A stretch of 64,000 bases of DNA from the human T2T-CHM13v2.0 reference genome, Homo sapiens. The stretch is taken from the NCBI RefSeq assembly GCF_009914755.1, contig NC_060927.1. The stretch is one strand, 5' to 3'. A program made the translations under genes and the position numbers. Below the pieces are notes generated by a model, which saw only the letters and a program-made list of their open reading frames with translations, did not search any database and had not been told where the DNA came from. Shown here piece by piece: positions 50,101 through 64,000 of the stretch (position 1 is the first letter of the stretch; every line of letters begins with the position of its first letter).

Positions 50101-53100
50101 CAACTCTGTGAGTTGAGTACACACACACAAAGAAGCTACTGAGAATTCTTTTGTCAAGAATTATAAGAAGAAATCCCGTTTCCAACCAAGGCCTCAAAGA
50201 GTTCCAAATATCCACTTGCACACTGCACAAACTAAGTCTTTCCATACTGCTCTATGCAAAGAAATGTTCAAATCTGTGAGTTTAATACACACATCACAAA
50301 GCAGTTTCTGAGAATGATACTGTCTAGTTTTTATACGAAGATATTTCCTTTTGTACCATTGGCCTCATACTGCTAGAATTTTCCACTTGCAAATTCCACA
50401 AAAAGAGTGTTTCCAATCCGCTCTGTCTAAAGGAAGGTTCAACTCTCTGATTTGAATACATACATCCCAAAAGAAGTTACTGAGAATTCTTCTGTCTAGC
50501 ATTATGTGAAGAAATCCCGTTTCCAACGAAAGCCTCAAAGAGGCCCAAATATCCAGTTGCAGCATTTACAAACTGACTGTTTCCAAACTCATCTATGAAA
50601 AGAAAGGTTAAACTCTGTGAGTTGAATGCACATATCACAAAGTAGTTCCTGAGAATGATTCTGTCTAGTTTTTATACGAAGATATTTCCTTTTCCACCAA
50701 TGGCCTCAAAGTGCTTGAAATCTCCCCTTGCAAATTCCACAGACAAGTGTCTCAAATCTGCACTGTCTAAAGGAAGGTTCAACCCTGTGAGTTGAATACA
50801 CACACACAGAAAAAAATTCACTGAGAATTCTATTGTCTATCATTACACGAAGAAATCCCGTTTACTACGAAGGCCTCAAAGAGGTCCAAATATCCAGCTG
50901 CAGACATTACAAACTGAGTGTTTCCAAAGTGCTCTATGAAAAGAAGTGTTAAACACTGTGAGTTCAATGCACACATCCCAAAGCAGTTTCTGAGAATGAT
51001 TCCGTCTATTTTTTCTACGAAGATATTTCCTTTTCTACCGTTGGCCTCAAAGCGCTTGAAATCTCCACTTGCAAATTCCACAAAAAGAGAGTTTCAAATC
51101 TGCTCTGTCTAAAGGAAGGTTCAACTCTGTGAGTTGAATACACACCACAAAAAGAAGTTACTGAGAATTCTTCTGTCTAGCATTATATGAAAAATCCCGT
51201 TTCCAACGAAGGCCACAAAGAGGTCCAAATATCCACTTGCAGATTCTGCAAAAAGAGTGTTTCCAAACTGCTCTATGAAAAGAAACGTTAAACTCTGTGA
51301 GTTGAACGCAAACATCACAAAGTAGTTTCTGAGAATGACTCCGTCTAGTTTTTATACGAAGATATTTCCTTTTCTACCATTCACTTCAAAGCGCTTGAAG
51401 TCTCCCCCTGAAAATTCCACAAAAAGTGTTTCCAATCTGCTCCGCCTAAAGGAAGCTTCAACTCTGTGAGTTGAATACCCACAACCCAAAGAAGTTACTG
51501 AGAATTCTTCTGTCTAGCATTATATGAAGAAATCCCGTTTCCAACGAAGGCCTCAAATACATCCAAATATCCAGTTGCTGACTTTACAAACTGAGTGTTT
51601 CCAAACTGCTCTATGAAAAGAAAGGTTAAACACTGTGAGTTGAACACACACGTACCAAAGTAGTTTCTGAGAATGATTCTGTCTAGTTTGCATACGAAGA
51701 TATTTCCTTTTCTACCATTGGCCTCAAAGCTTTGAAATCTCCACTTGCAAATTCCACAAAAAGAGAGTTTCAACTCTGCTGTTTCTAAAGGAAAGTTCAA
51801 CTCTGAGAGTTGAATACACACCAGAAAAAGCAGTTACTGAGAAGTCTTCTGTCTAGCATTATATGAAGAAATCCCATTTCCAACGAAGACTTCAAAGAGG
51901 TCCAAATATCCACTTGCAGATTCTGCAAAAAGAGTGTTTCGAAACAACTGTATGAAAAGAAAGGTTAAACACTGTGAGTTGAACGCACACATTGCAGAGC
52001 AGTTTCTGAGAATGATTCCGTCTAATTATTATACGAAGGTATTTCCTTTTCTATCATTGGCCTCAAAGCGCTTGATACCTCCACCTGAAAATTCCACAAA
52101 AAGAGTGTTTCCAATCTACTCTGTCTAAAGGAACGTTCAACTCTGTGAGTTGAATACACACACACAGAAAGAATTCACTGAGAATTCTTCTGTCTGGCAT
52201 TACATGAAGAAATCCCGTTTCCAACGAAGGCCTCAAAGAGGTCCAAATATCCACTTGCAGATTCTGCAAAAAGAGTGTTTCAAAACCGCTCCATTAAAAG
52301 GAATGTTGAACTCTGTGAGTTGAATGCAAACATCACAACTCAGTTGCTGAGAATGCTTCTGACTAGATTTTATGGTAAGATATTTCCTTTTCTACCGTAG
52401 GCTTCAATGCCCTCTAAATACACCCTTGCAAATTCTACAAAGAGACTGTTTCATAACTGCTCTACAGGAAGAAAGGTTCAACTCTGTGAGTTGAATGCAG
52501 AGATCACAACGTGGTTTCTGCGAATGTTTCTTTGTAGTTTTTACATGAAGATATTTCGTTGTCAACCGTAGGCTTCAAAGCACTCAAAGTATTCACTTGG
52601 AACTTTTACAAAAAGAGTGTTAGAAAACTGCTCTTTCCAAAGTAAGGTTCAACTCTGTGAGTTGAATGCACACATAACAATCAAGAAGTTTCTGAGAATT
52701 CTTCTGTCCTGGTTTATATGAAGAAATCCCGTTTCCAACGAAGGCCTCAAAGACGTTTAAATATCCACTTGCAGACTTCACAAACAGAGTGTTTCCAAAC
52801 TGCTCTATGAAAAGAAAGGGTAAACACTGTGAGTTGAACGCACACCTCACAAAGTAGTTTCTGAGAATGATACTGTCTAGTTTTTATACGAAGATATTTC
52901 CTTTTGTACCATTGGCCTCATACTGCTAGAATTTTCCACTTGCAAATTCCACAAAAAGAGTGTTTCCAATCTGCTCTGTCTAAAGGAAGGTTCAACTCTG
53001 TGAGTTGAGTACACACACACAAAGAAGCTACTGAGAATTCTTTTGTCAAGAATTATAAGAAGAAATCCCGTTTCCAACCAAGGCCTCAAAGAGTTCCAAA

Positions 53101-55299
53101 TATCCACTTGCACACTGCACAAACTAAGTCTTTCCATACTGCTCTATGCAAAGAAATGTTCAAATCTGTGAGTTTAATACACACATCACAAAGCAGTTTC
53201 TGAGAATGATACTGTCTAGTTTTTATACGAAGATATTTCCTTTTGTACCATTGGCCTCATACTGCTAGAATTTTCCACTTGCAAATTCCACAAAAAGAGT
53301 GTTTCCAATCCGCTCTGTCTAAAGGAAGGTTCAACTCTCTGATTTGAATACATACATCCCAAAAGAAGTTACTGAGAATTCTTCTGTCTAGCATTATGTG
53401 AAGAAATCCTGTTTCCAACGAAAGCCTCAAAGAGGCCCAAATATCCAGTTGCAGCATTTACAAACTGACTGTTTCCAAACTCATCTATGAAAAGAAAGGT
53501 TAAACTCTGTGAGTTGAATGCACATATCACAAAGTAGTTCCTGAGAATGATTCTGTCTAGTTTTTATACGAAGATATTTCCTTTTCCACCAATGGCCTCA
53601 AAGTGCTTGAAATCTCCCCTTGCAAATTCCACAGACAAGTGTCTCAAATCTGCACTGTCTAAAGGAAGGTTCAACCCTGTGAGTTGAATACACACACACA
53701 GAAAAAAATTCACTGAGAATTCTATTGTCTATCATTACACGAAGAAATCCCGTTTTCTACGAAGGCCTCAAAGAGGTCCAAATATCCAGCTGCAGACATT
53801 ACAAACTGAGTGTTTCCAAAGTGATCTATGAAAAGAAGTGTTAAACACTGTGAGTTCAATGCACACATCCCAAAGCAGTTTCTGAGAATGATTCCGTCTA
53901 TTTTTTCTACGAAGATATTTCCTTTTCTACCGTTGGCCTCAAAGCGCTTGAAATCTCCACTTGCAAATTCCACAAAAAGAGAGTTTCAAATCTGCTCTGT
54001 CTAAAGGAAGGTTCAACTCTGTGAGTTGAATACACACCACAAAAAGAAGTTACTGAGAATTCTTCTGTCTAGCATTATATGAAAAATCCCGTTTCCAACG
54101 AAGGCCACAAAGAGGTCTAAATATCCACTTGCAGATTCTGCAAAAAGAGTGTTTCCAAACTGCTCTATGAAAAGAAACGTTAAACTCTGTGAGTTGAACG
54201 CAAACATCACAAAGTAGTTTCTGAGAATGACTCCGTCTAGTTTTTATACGAAGATATTTCCTTTTCTACCATTCACTTCAAAGCGCTTGAAGTCTCCCCC
54301 TGAAAATTCCACAAAAAGTGTTTCCAATCTGCTCCGCCTAAAGGAAGCTTCAACTCTGTGAGTTGAATACCCACAACCCAAAGAAGTTACTGAGAATTCT
54401 TCTGTCTAGCATTATATGAAGAAATCCCGTTTCCAACGAAGGCCTCAAATACATCCAAATATCCAGTTGCTGACTTTACAAACTGAGTGTTTCCAAACTG
54501 CTCTATGAAAAGAAAGGTTAAACACTGTGAGTTGAACACACACGTACCAAAGTAGTTTCTGAGAATGATTCTGTCTAGTTTGCATACGAAGATATTTCCT
54601 TTTCTACCATTGGCCTCAAAGCTTTGAAATCTCCACTTGCAAATTCCACAAAAAGAGAGTTTCAACTCTGCTGTTTCTAAAGGAAAGTTCAACTCTGAGA
54701 GTTGAATACACACCAGAAAAAGCAGTTACTGAGAAGTCTTCTGTCTAGCATTATATGAAGAAATCCCATTTCCAACGAAGACTTCAAAGAGGTCCAAATA
54801 TCCACTTGCAGATTCTGCAAAAAGAGTGTTTCGAAACAACTGTATGAAAAGAAAGGTTAAACACTGTGAGTTGAACGCACACATTGCAAAGCAGTTTCTG
54901 AGAATGATTCCGTCTAATTATTATACGAAGGTATTTCCTTTTCTATCATTGGCCTCAAAGCGCTTGATACCTCCACCTGAAAATTCCACAAAAAGAGTGT
55001 TTCCAATCTACTCTGTCTAAAGGAACGTTCAACTCCGTGAGTTGAATACACACACACAGAAAGAATTCACTGAGAATTCTTCTGTCTGGCATTACATGAA
55101 GAAATCCCGTTTCCAACGAAGGCCTCAAAGAGGTCCAAATATCCACTTGCAGATTCTGCAAAAAGAGTGTTTCAAAACCGCTCCATTAAAAGGAATGTTG
55201 AACTCTGTGAGTTGAATGCAAACATCACAACTCAGTTTCTGAGAATGCTTCTGACTAGATTTTATGGTAAGATATTTCCTTTTCTACCGTAGGCTTCAA

Positions 55300-58200
55300 T
55301 GCCCTCTAAATACACCCTTGCAAATTCTACAAAGAGACTGTTTCATAACTGCTCTACAGGAAGAAAGGTTCAACTCTGTGAGTTGAATGCAGAGATCACA
55401 ACGTGGTTTCTGCGAATGATTCTTTGTAGTTTTTACATGAAGATATTTCGTTGTCAACCGTAGGCTTCAAAGCACTCAAAGTATTCACTTGGAACTTTTA
55501 CAAAAAGAGTGTTAGAAAACTGCTCTTTCCAAAGTAAGGTTCAACTCTGTGAGTTGAATGCACACATAACAATCAAGAAGTTTCTGAGAATTCTTCTGTC
55601 CTGGTTTATATGAAGAAATCCCGTTTCCAACGAAGGCCTCAAAGACGTTTAAATATCCACTTGCAGACTTCACAAACAGAGTGTTTCCAAACTGCTCTAT
55701 GAAAAGAAAGGTTAAACTCTGTGAGTTGAACGCACACATCACAAAGTAGTTTCTGAGAATGATACTGTCTAGTTTTTATACGAAGATATTTCCTTTCTAC
55801 CATTGGCGTCAAAGCGCTAGAATTCTCCACTTGCAAATTCCACAAAAAGAGTGTTTCCAATCTGCTCTGTCTAAAGGAAGGTTCAACTCTGTGAGTTGAA
55901 TACACACACACAAAGAAGCTACTGAGAATTCTTTTGTCAAGAATTATAAGAAGAAATCCCGTTTCCAACGAAGGCCTCAAAGAGTTCCAAATATCCACTT
56001 GCACACTGCACAAACTCTTTCCACACTGCTCTATGCAAAGAAATGTTCAACTCTGTGAGTTTAATACACACATCACAAAGCAGTTTCTGAGAATGATACT
56101 GTCTAGTTTTTATACGAAGATATTTCCTTTTGTACCATTGGCCTCATACTGCTAGAATTTTCCACTTGCAAATTCCACAAAAAGAGTGTTTCCAATCCGC
56201 TCTGTCTAAAGGAAGGTTCAACTCTCTGATTTGAATACATACATCCCAAAAGAAGTTACTGAGAATTCTTCTGTCTAGCATTATGTGAAGAAATCCCGTT
56301 TCCAACGAAAGCCTCAAAGAGGCCCAAATATCCAGTTGCAGCATTTACAAACTGACTGTTTCCAAACTCATCTATGAAAAGAAAGGTTAAACTCTGTGAG
56401 TTGAATGCACATATCACAAAGTAGTTCCTGAGAATGATTCTGTCTAGTTTTTATACGAAGATATTTCCTTTTCCACCAATGGCCTCAAAGTGCTTGAAAT
56501 CTCCCCTTGCAAATTCCACAGACAAGTGTCTCAAATCTGCACTGTCTAAAGGAAGGTTCAACCCTGTGAGTTGAATACACACACACAGAAAAAAATTCAC
56601 TGAGAATTCTATTGTCTATCATTACACGAAGAAATCCCGTTTACTACGAAGGCCTCAAAGAGGTCCAAATATCCAGCTGCAGACATTACAAACTGAGTGT
56701 TTCCAAAGTGCTCTATGAAAAGAAGTGTTAAACACTGTGAGTTCAATGCACACATCTCAAAGCAGTTTCTGAGAATGATTCCGTCTATTTTTTCTACGAA
56801 GATATTTCCTTTTCTACCGTTGGCCTCAAAGCGCTTGAAATCTCCACTTGCAAATTCCACAAAAAGAGAGTTTCAAATCTGCTCTGTCTAAAGGAAGGTT
56901 CAACTCTGTGAGTTGAATACACACCACAAAAGGAAGTTACTGAGAATTCTTCTGTCTAGCATTATATGAAAAATCCCGTTTCCAACGAAGGCCACAAAGA
57001 GGTCCAAATATCCACTTGCAGATTCTGCAAAAAGAGTGTTTCCAAACTGCTCTATGAAAAGAAACGTTAAACTCTGTGAGTTGAACGCAAACATCACAAA
57101 GTAGTTTCTGAGAATGACTCCGTCTAGTTTTTATACGAAGATATTTCCTTTCCTACCATTCACTTCAAAGCGCTTGAAGTCTCCCCCTGAAAATTCCACA
57201 AAAAGTGTTTCCAATCTGCTCCGCCTAAAGGAAGCTTCAACTCTGTGAGTTGAATACCCACAACCCAAAGAAGTTACTGAGAATTCTTCTGTCTAGCACT
57301 ATATGAAGAAATCCCGTTTCCAACGAAGGCCTCAAATACATCCAAATATCCAGTTGCTGACTTTACAAACTGAGTGTTTCCAAACTGCTCTATGAAAAGA
57401 AAGGTTAAACACTGTGAGTTGAACACACACGTACCAAAGTAGTTTCTGAGAATGATTCTGTCTAGTTTGCATACGAAGATATTTCCTTTTCTACCATTGG
57501 CCTCAAAGCTTTGAAATCTCCACTTGCAAATTCCACAAAAAGAGAGTTTCAACTCTGCTGTTTCTAAAGGAAAGTTCAACTCTGAGAGTTGAATACACAC
57601 CAGAAAAAGCAGTTACTGAGAAGTCTTCTGTCTAGCATTATATGAAGAAATCCCATTTCCAACGAAGACTTCAAAGAGGTCCAAATATCCACTTGCAGAT
57701 TCTGCAAAAAGAGTGTTTCGAAACAACTGTATGAAAAGAAAGGTTAAACACTGTGAGTTGAACGCACACATTGCAAAGCAGTTTCTGAGAATGATTCCGT
57801 CTAATTATTATACGAAGGTATTTCCTTTTCTATCATTGGCCTCAAAGCGCTTGATACCTCCACCTGAAAATTCCACAAAAAGAGTGTTTCCAATCTACTC
57901 TGTCTAAAGGAACGTTCAACTCCGTGAGTTGAATACACACACACAGAAAGAATTCACTGAGAATTCTTCTGTCTGGCATTACATGAAGAAATCCCGTTTC
58001 CAACGAAGGCCTCAAAGAGGTCCAAATATCCACTTGCAGATTCTGCAAAAAGAGTGTTTCAAAACCGCTCCATTAAAAGGAATGTTGAACTCTGTGAGTT
58101 GAATGCAAACATCACAACTCAGTTGCTGAGAATGCTTCTGACTAGATTTTATGGTAAGATATTTCCTTTTCTACCGTAGGCTTCAATGCCCTCTAAATAC

Positions 58201-58920
58201 ACCCTTGCAAATTCTACAAAGAGACTGTTTCATAACTGCTCTACAGGAAGAAAGGTTCAACTCTGTGAGTTGAATGCAGAGATCACAACGTGGTTTCTGC
58301 GAATGATTCTTTGTAGTTTTTACATGAAGATATTTCGTTGTCAACCGTAGGCTTCAAAGCACTCAAAGTATTCACTTGGAACTTTTACAAAAAGAGTGTT
58401 AGAAAACTGCTCTTTCCAAAGTAAGGTTCAACTCTGTGAGTTGAATGCACACATAACAATCAAGAAGTTTCTGAGAATTCTTCTGTCCTGGTTTATATGA
58501 AGAAATCCCGTTTCCAACGAAGGCCTCAAAGACGTTTAAATATCCACTTGCAGACTTCACAAACAGAGTGTTTCCAAACTGCTCTATGAAAAGAAAGGTT
58601 AAACTCTGTGAGTTGAACGCACACATCACAAAGTAGTTTCTGAGAATGATACTGTCTAGTTTTTATACGAAGATATTTCCTTTCTACCATTGGCGTCAAA
58701 GCGCTAGAATTCTCCACTTGCAAATTCCACAAAAAGAGTGTTTCCAATCTGCTCTGTCTAAAGGAAGGTTCAACTCTGTGAGTTGAATACACACACACAA
58801 AGAAGCTACTGAGAATTCTTTTGTCAAGAATTATAAGAAGAAATCCCGTTTCCAACGAAGGCCTCAAAGAGTTCCAAATATCCACTTGCACACTGCACAA
58901 ACTCTTTCCACACTGCTCTA
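55300..58920 (-). repeat. Two tandem copies of a divergent HOR haplotype (period 2887 bp)
   Basis: A diagnostic ~730-bp tract occurs at ~55300-56025 and ~58190-58912. It has a 1-bp and a 4-bp deletion, many substitutions, and an intact CENP-B box at 55957-55973 and 58844-58860. Confidence 0.9.
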
Positions 58921-61900
58921 TGCAAAGAAATGTTCAACTCTGTGAGTTTAATACACACATCACAAAGCAGTTTCTGAGAATGATACTGTCTAGTTTTTAT
59001 ACGAAGATATTTCCTTTTGTACCATTGGCCTCATACTGCTAGAATTTTCCACTTGCAAATTCCACAAAAAGAGTGTTTCCAATCCGCTCTGTCTAAAGGA
59101 AGGTTCAACTCTCTGATTTGAATACATACATCCCAAAAGAAGTTACTGAGAATTCTTCTGTCTAGCATTATGTGAAGAAATCCCGTTTCCAACGAAAGCC
59201 TCAAAGAGGCCCAAATATCCAGTTGCAGCATTTACAAACTGACTGTTTCCAAACTCATCTATGAAAAGAAAGGTTAAACTCTGTGAGTTGAATGCACATA
59301 TCACAAAGTAGTTCCTGAGAATGATTCTGTCTAGTTTTTATACGAAGATATTTCCTTTTCCACCAATGGCCTCAAAGTGCTTGAAATCTCCCCTTGCAAA
59401 TTCCACAGACAAGTGTCTCAAATCTGCACTGTCTAAAGGAAGGTTCAACCCTGTGAGTTGAATACACACACACAGAAAAAAATTCACTGAGAATTCTATT
59501 GTCTATCATTACACGAAGAAATCCCGTTTACTACGAAGGCCTCAAAGAGGTCCAAATATCCAGCTGCAGACATTACAAACTGAGTGTTTCCAAAGTGCTC
59601 TATGAAAAGAAGTGTTAAACACTGTGAGTTCAATGCACACATCCCAAAGCAGTTTCTGAGAATGATTCCGTCTATTTTTTCTACGAAGATATTTCCTTTT
59701 CTACCGTTGGCCTCAAAGCGCTTGAAATCTCCACTTGCAAATTCCACAAAAAGAGAGTTTCAAATCTGCTCTGTCTAAAGGAAGGTTCAACTCTGTGAGT
59801 TGAATACACACCACAAAAAGAAGTTACTGAGAATTCTTCTGTCTAGCATTATATGAAAAATCCCGTTTCCAACGAAGGCCACAAAGAGGTCCAAATATCC
59901 ACTTGCAGATTCTGCAAAAAGAGTGTTTCCAAACTGCTCTATGAAAAGAAACGTTAAACTCTGTGAGTTGAACGCAAACATCACAAAGTAGTTTCTGAGA
60001 ATGACTCCGTCTAGTTTTTATACGAAGATATTTCCTTTTCTACCATTCACTTCAAAGCGCTTGAAGTCTCCCCCTGAAAATTCCACAAAAAGTGTTTCCA
60101 ATCTGCTCCGCCTAAAGGAAGCTTCAACTCTGTGAGTTGAATACCCACAACCCAAAGAAGTTACTGAGAATTCTTCTGTCTAGCATTATATGAAGAAATC
60201 CCGTTTCCAACGAAGGCCTCAAATACATCCAAATATCCAGTTGCTGACTTTACAAACTGAGTGTTTCCAAACTGCTCTATGAAAAGAAAGGTTAAACACT
60301 GTGACTTGAACACACACGTACCAAAGTAGTTTCTGAGAATGATTCTGTCTAGTTTGCATACGAAGATATTTCCTTTTCTACCATTGGCCTCAAAGCTTTG
60401 AAATCTCCACTTGCAAATTCCACAAAAAGAGAGTTTCAACTCTGCTGTTTCTAAAGGAAAGTTCAACTCTGAGAGTTGAATACACACCAGAAAAAGCAGT
60501 TACTGAGAAGTCTTCTGTCTAGCATTATATGAAGAAATCCCATTTCCAACGAAGACTTCAAAGAGGTCCAAATATCCACTTGCAGATTCTGCAAAAAGAG
60601 TGTTTCGAAACAACTGTATGAAAAGAAAGGTTAAACACTGTGAGTTGAACGCACACATTGCAAAGCAGTTTCTGAGAATGATTCCGTCTAATTATTATAC
60701 GAAGGTATTTCCTTTTCTATCATTGGCCTCAAAGCGCTTGATACCTCCACCTGAAAATTCCACAAAAAGAGTGTTTCCAATCTACTCTGTCTAAAGGAAC
60801 GTTCAACTCCGTGAGTTGAATACACACACACAGAAAGAATTCACTGAGAATTCTTCTGTCTGGCATTACATGAAGAAATCCCGTTTCCAACGAAGGCCTC
60901 AAAGAGGTCCAAATATCCACTTGCAGATTCTGCAAAAAGAGTGTTTCAAAACCGCTCCATTAAAAGGAATGTTGAACTCTGTGAGTTGAATGCAAACATC
61001 ACAACTCAGTTTCTGAGAATGCTTCTGACTAGATTTTATGGTAAGATATTTCCTTTTCTACCGTAGGCTTCAATGCCCTGTAAATACACCCTTGCAAATT
61101 CTACAAAGAGACTGTTTCATAACTGCTCTATAGGAGGAAAGGTTCAACTCTGTGAGTTGAATGCAGAGATCACAACGTGGTTTCTGCGAATGATTCTTTG
61201 TAGTTTTTACATGAAGATATTTCGTTGTCTACCGTAGGCTTCAAAGCACTCAAAGTATTCACTTGGAACTTTTACAAAAAGAGTGTTAGAAAACTGCTCT
61301 TTCCAAAGTAAGGTTCAACTCTGTGAGTTGAATGCACACATAACAAACAAGAAGTTTCTGAGAATTCTTCTGTCCTGGTTTATATGAAGAAATCCCGTTT
61401 CCAACGAAGGCCTCAAAGACGTTTAAATATCCACTTGCAGACTTCACAAACAGAGTGTTTCCAAACTGCTCTATGAAAAGAAAGGGTAAACACTGTGAGT
61501 TGAACGCACACATCACAAAGTAGTTTCTGAGAATGATACTGTCTAGTTTTTATACGAAGATATTTCCTTTTGTACCATTGGCCTCATACTGCTAGAATTT
61601 TCCACTTGCAAATTCCACAAAAAGAGTGTTTCCAATCTGCTCTGTCTAAAGGAAGGTTCAACTCTGTGAGTTGAGTACACACACACAAAGAAGCTACTGA
61701 GAATTCTTTTGTCAAGAATTATAAGAAGAAATCCCGTTTCCAACCAAGGCCTCAAAGAGTTCCAAATATCCACTTGCACACTGCACAAACTAAGTCTTTC
61801 CATACTGCTCTATGCAAAGAAATGTTCAAATCTGTGAGTTTAATACACACATCACAAAGCAGTTTCTGAGAATGATACTGTCTAGTTTTTATACGAAGAT

Positions 61901-64000
61901 ATTTCCTTTTGTACCATTGGCCTCATACTGCTAGAATTTTCCACTTGCAAATTCCACAAAAAGAGTGTTTCCAATCCGCTCTGTCTAAAGGAAGGTTCAA
62001 CTCTCTGATTTGAATACATACATCCCAAAAGAAGTTACTGAGAATTCTTCTGTCTAGCATTATGTGAAGAAATCCCGTTTCCAACGAAAGCCTCAAAGAG
62101 GCCCAAATATCCAGTTGCAGCATTTACAAACTGACTGTTTCCAAACTCATCTATGAAAAGAAAGGTTAAACTCTGTGAGTTGAATGCACATATCACAAAG
62201 TAGTTCCTGAGAATGATTCTGTCTAGTTTTTATACGAAGATATTTCCTTTTCCACCAATGGCCTCAAAGTGCTTGAAATCTCCCCTTGCAAATTCCACAG
62301 ACAAGTGTCTCAAATCTGCACTGTCTAAAGGAAGGTTCAACCCTGTGAGTTGAATACACACACACAGAAAAAAATTCACTGAGAATTCTATTGTCTATCA
62401 TTACACGAAGAAATCCCGTTTACTACGAAGGCCTCAAAGAGGTCCAAATATCCAGCTGCAGACATTACAAACTGAGTGTTTCCAAAGTGCTCTATGAAAA
62501 GAAGTGTTAAACACTGTGAGTTCAATGCACACATCCCAAAGCAGTTTCTGACAATGATTCCGTCTATTTTTTCTACGAAGATATTTCCTTTTCTACCGTT
62601 GGCCTCAAAGCGCTTGAAATCTCCACTTGCAAATTCCACAAAAAGAGAGTTTCAAATCTGCTCTGTCTAAAGGAAGGTTCAACTCTGTGAGTTGAATACA
62701 CACCACAAAAAGAAGTTACTGAGAATTCTTCTGTCTAGCATTATATGAAAAATCCCGTTTCCAACGAAGGCCACAAAGAGGTCCAAATATCCACTTGCAG
62801 ATTCTGCAAAAAGAGTGTTTCCAAACTGCTCTATGAAAAGAAACGTTAAACTCTGTGAGTTGAACGCAAACATCACAAAGTAGTTTCTGAGAATGACTCC
62901 GTCTAGTTTTTATACGAAGATATTTCCTTTCCTACCATTCACTTCAAAGCGCTTGAAGTCTCCCCCTGAAAATTCCACAAAAAGTGTTTCCAATCTGCTC
63001 CGCCTAAAGGAAGCTTCAACTCTGTGAGTTGAATACCCACAACCCAAAGAAGTTACTGAGAATTCTTCTGTCTAGCATTATATGAAGAAATCCCGTTTCC
63101 AACGAAGGCCTCAAATACATCCAAATATCCAGTTGCTGACTTTACAAACTGAGTGTTTCCAAACTGCTCTATGAAAAGAAAGGTTAAACACTGTGAGTTG
63201 AACACACACGTACCAAAGTAGTTTCTGAGAATGATTCTGTCTAGTTTGCATACGAAGATATTTCCTTTTCTACCATTGGCCTCAAAGCTTTGAAATCTCC
63301 ACTTGCAAATTCCACAAAAAGAGAGTTTCAACTCTGCTGTTTCTAAAGGAAAGTTCAACTCTGAGAGTTGAATACACACCAGAAAAAGCAGTTACTGAGA
63401 AGTCTTCTGTCTAGCATTATATGAAGAAATCCCATTTCCAACGAAGACTTCAAAGAGGTCCAAATATCCACTTGCAGATTCTGCAAAAAGAGTGTTTCGA
63501 AACAACTGTATGAAAAGAAAGGTTAAACACTGTGAGTTGAACGCACACATTGCAAAGCAGTTTCTGAGAATGATTCCGTCTAATTATTATACGAAGGTAT
63601 TTCCTTTTCTATCATTGGCCTCAAAGCGCTTGATACCTCCACCTGAAAATTCCACAAAAAGAGTGTTTCCAATCTACTCTGTCTAAAGGAACGTTCAACT
63701 CTGTGAGTTGAATACACACACACAGAAAGAATTCACTGAGAATTCTTCTGTCTGGCATTACATGAAGAAATCCCGTTTCCAACGAAGGCCTCAAAGAGGT
63801 CCAAATATCCACTTGCAGATTCTGCAAAAAGAGTGTTTCAAAACCGCTCCATTAAAAGGAATGTTGAACTCTGTGAGTTGAATGCAAACATCACAACTCA
63901 GTTGCTGAGAATGCTTCTGACTAGATTTTATGGTAAGATATTTCCTTTTCTACCGTAGGCTTCAATGCCCTCTAAATACACCCTTGCAAATTCTACAAAG

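Larger units (their letters stand above)
1..64000 (-). repeat. Centromeric alpha-satellite HOR array, 17-mer of ~2892 bp; likely human chromosome 3 D3Z1 (SF1-type dimeric)
   Basis: The ~170-bp monomers carry typical alphoid motifs (ttcaactctgtgagttgaa, tttctgagaat, ccacttgcag, tcccgtttccaacgaag). Identical ORFs recur at 2887-2894 bp spacing (e.g. 811, 3705, 6597, 9489, 12382), and 2892/170 = 17 monomers. Boxes alternate every ~340 bp. Assignment to D3Z1 rests on recalled 17-mer/2.9-kb organisation (about 0.85); alpha satellite identity is essentially certain. Confidence 0.97.

Noticed and set aside
55639-56155. Novel 124-aa and 73-aa ORFs, also at 58526-59042
   Set aside because: They are by-products of the 1-bp and 4-bp deletions in the divergent haplotype, not genes.
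346-63827. About 190 short ORFs (63-124 aa) on both strands
   Set aside because: They repeat with HOR periodicity, are translations of alpha-satellite monomers, often use non-ATG starts, resemble no protein family I recognise, and appear or vanish with single SNVs.
1-64000. CRISPR-like recurrence of short conserved motifs (ttcaactctgtgagttgaa)
   Set aside because: The intervening sequences are themselves homologous monomer sequence rather than unique spacers, and there are no cas genes.
1-64000. Possible L1/Alu insertion or inversion
   Set aside because: All spacings are accounted for by 17-, 13- and 9-mer units, and ORF strand patterns never flip. No non-alphoid sequence was seen.

Overview
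The whole 64 kb window is primate (almost certainly human) centromeric alpha satellite: about 375 head-to-tail ~170-bp monomers in one orientation, with CENP-B boxes reading on the minus strand. They form a highly homogeneous 17-monomer higher-order repeat (HOR) of about 2892 bp. A 2.9-kb 17-mer built on an A/B dimer (~340 bp) with one A-A step best matches the active chromosome 3 array D3Z1; this is recognised from knowledge, not from a database search. I see no genes, RNA genes, transposon insertions, inversions or CRISPR arrays. Every listed ORF is an artefact that recurs with the HOR period. I found no evidence of a new gene-encoded system. The real signal is array-evolution structure: (i) two phase-preserving structural variants, a 9-mer step at ~22.9 kb and a 13-mer at ~46.4 kb whose breakpoint interval covers a CENP-B box; (ii) a divergent, tandemly duplicated HOR haplotype at ~55-59 kb that has an extra intact CENP-B box and lacks an intra-HOR homogenised tract fixed in all other copies; (iii) long-range and tandem block duplications traceable by shared SNVs; (iv) sporadic CENP-B box losses and mutation clusters. 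All comparisons were made by eye, so coordinates may be off by a few bases.
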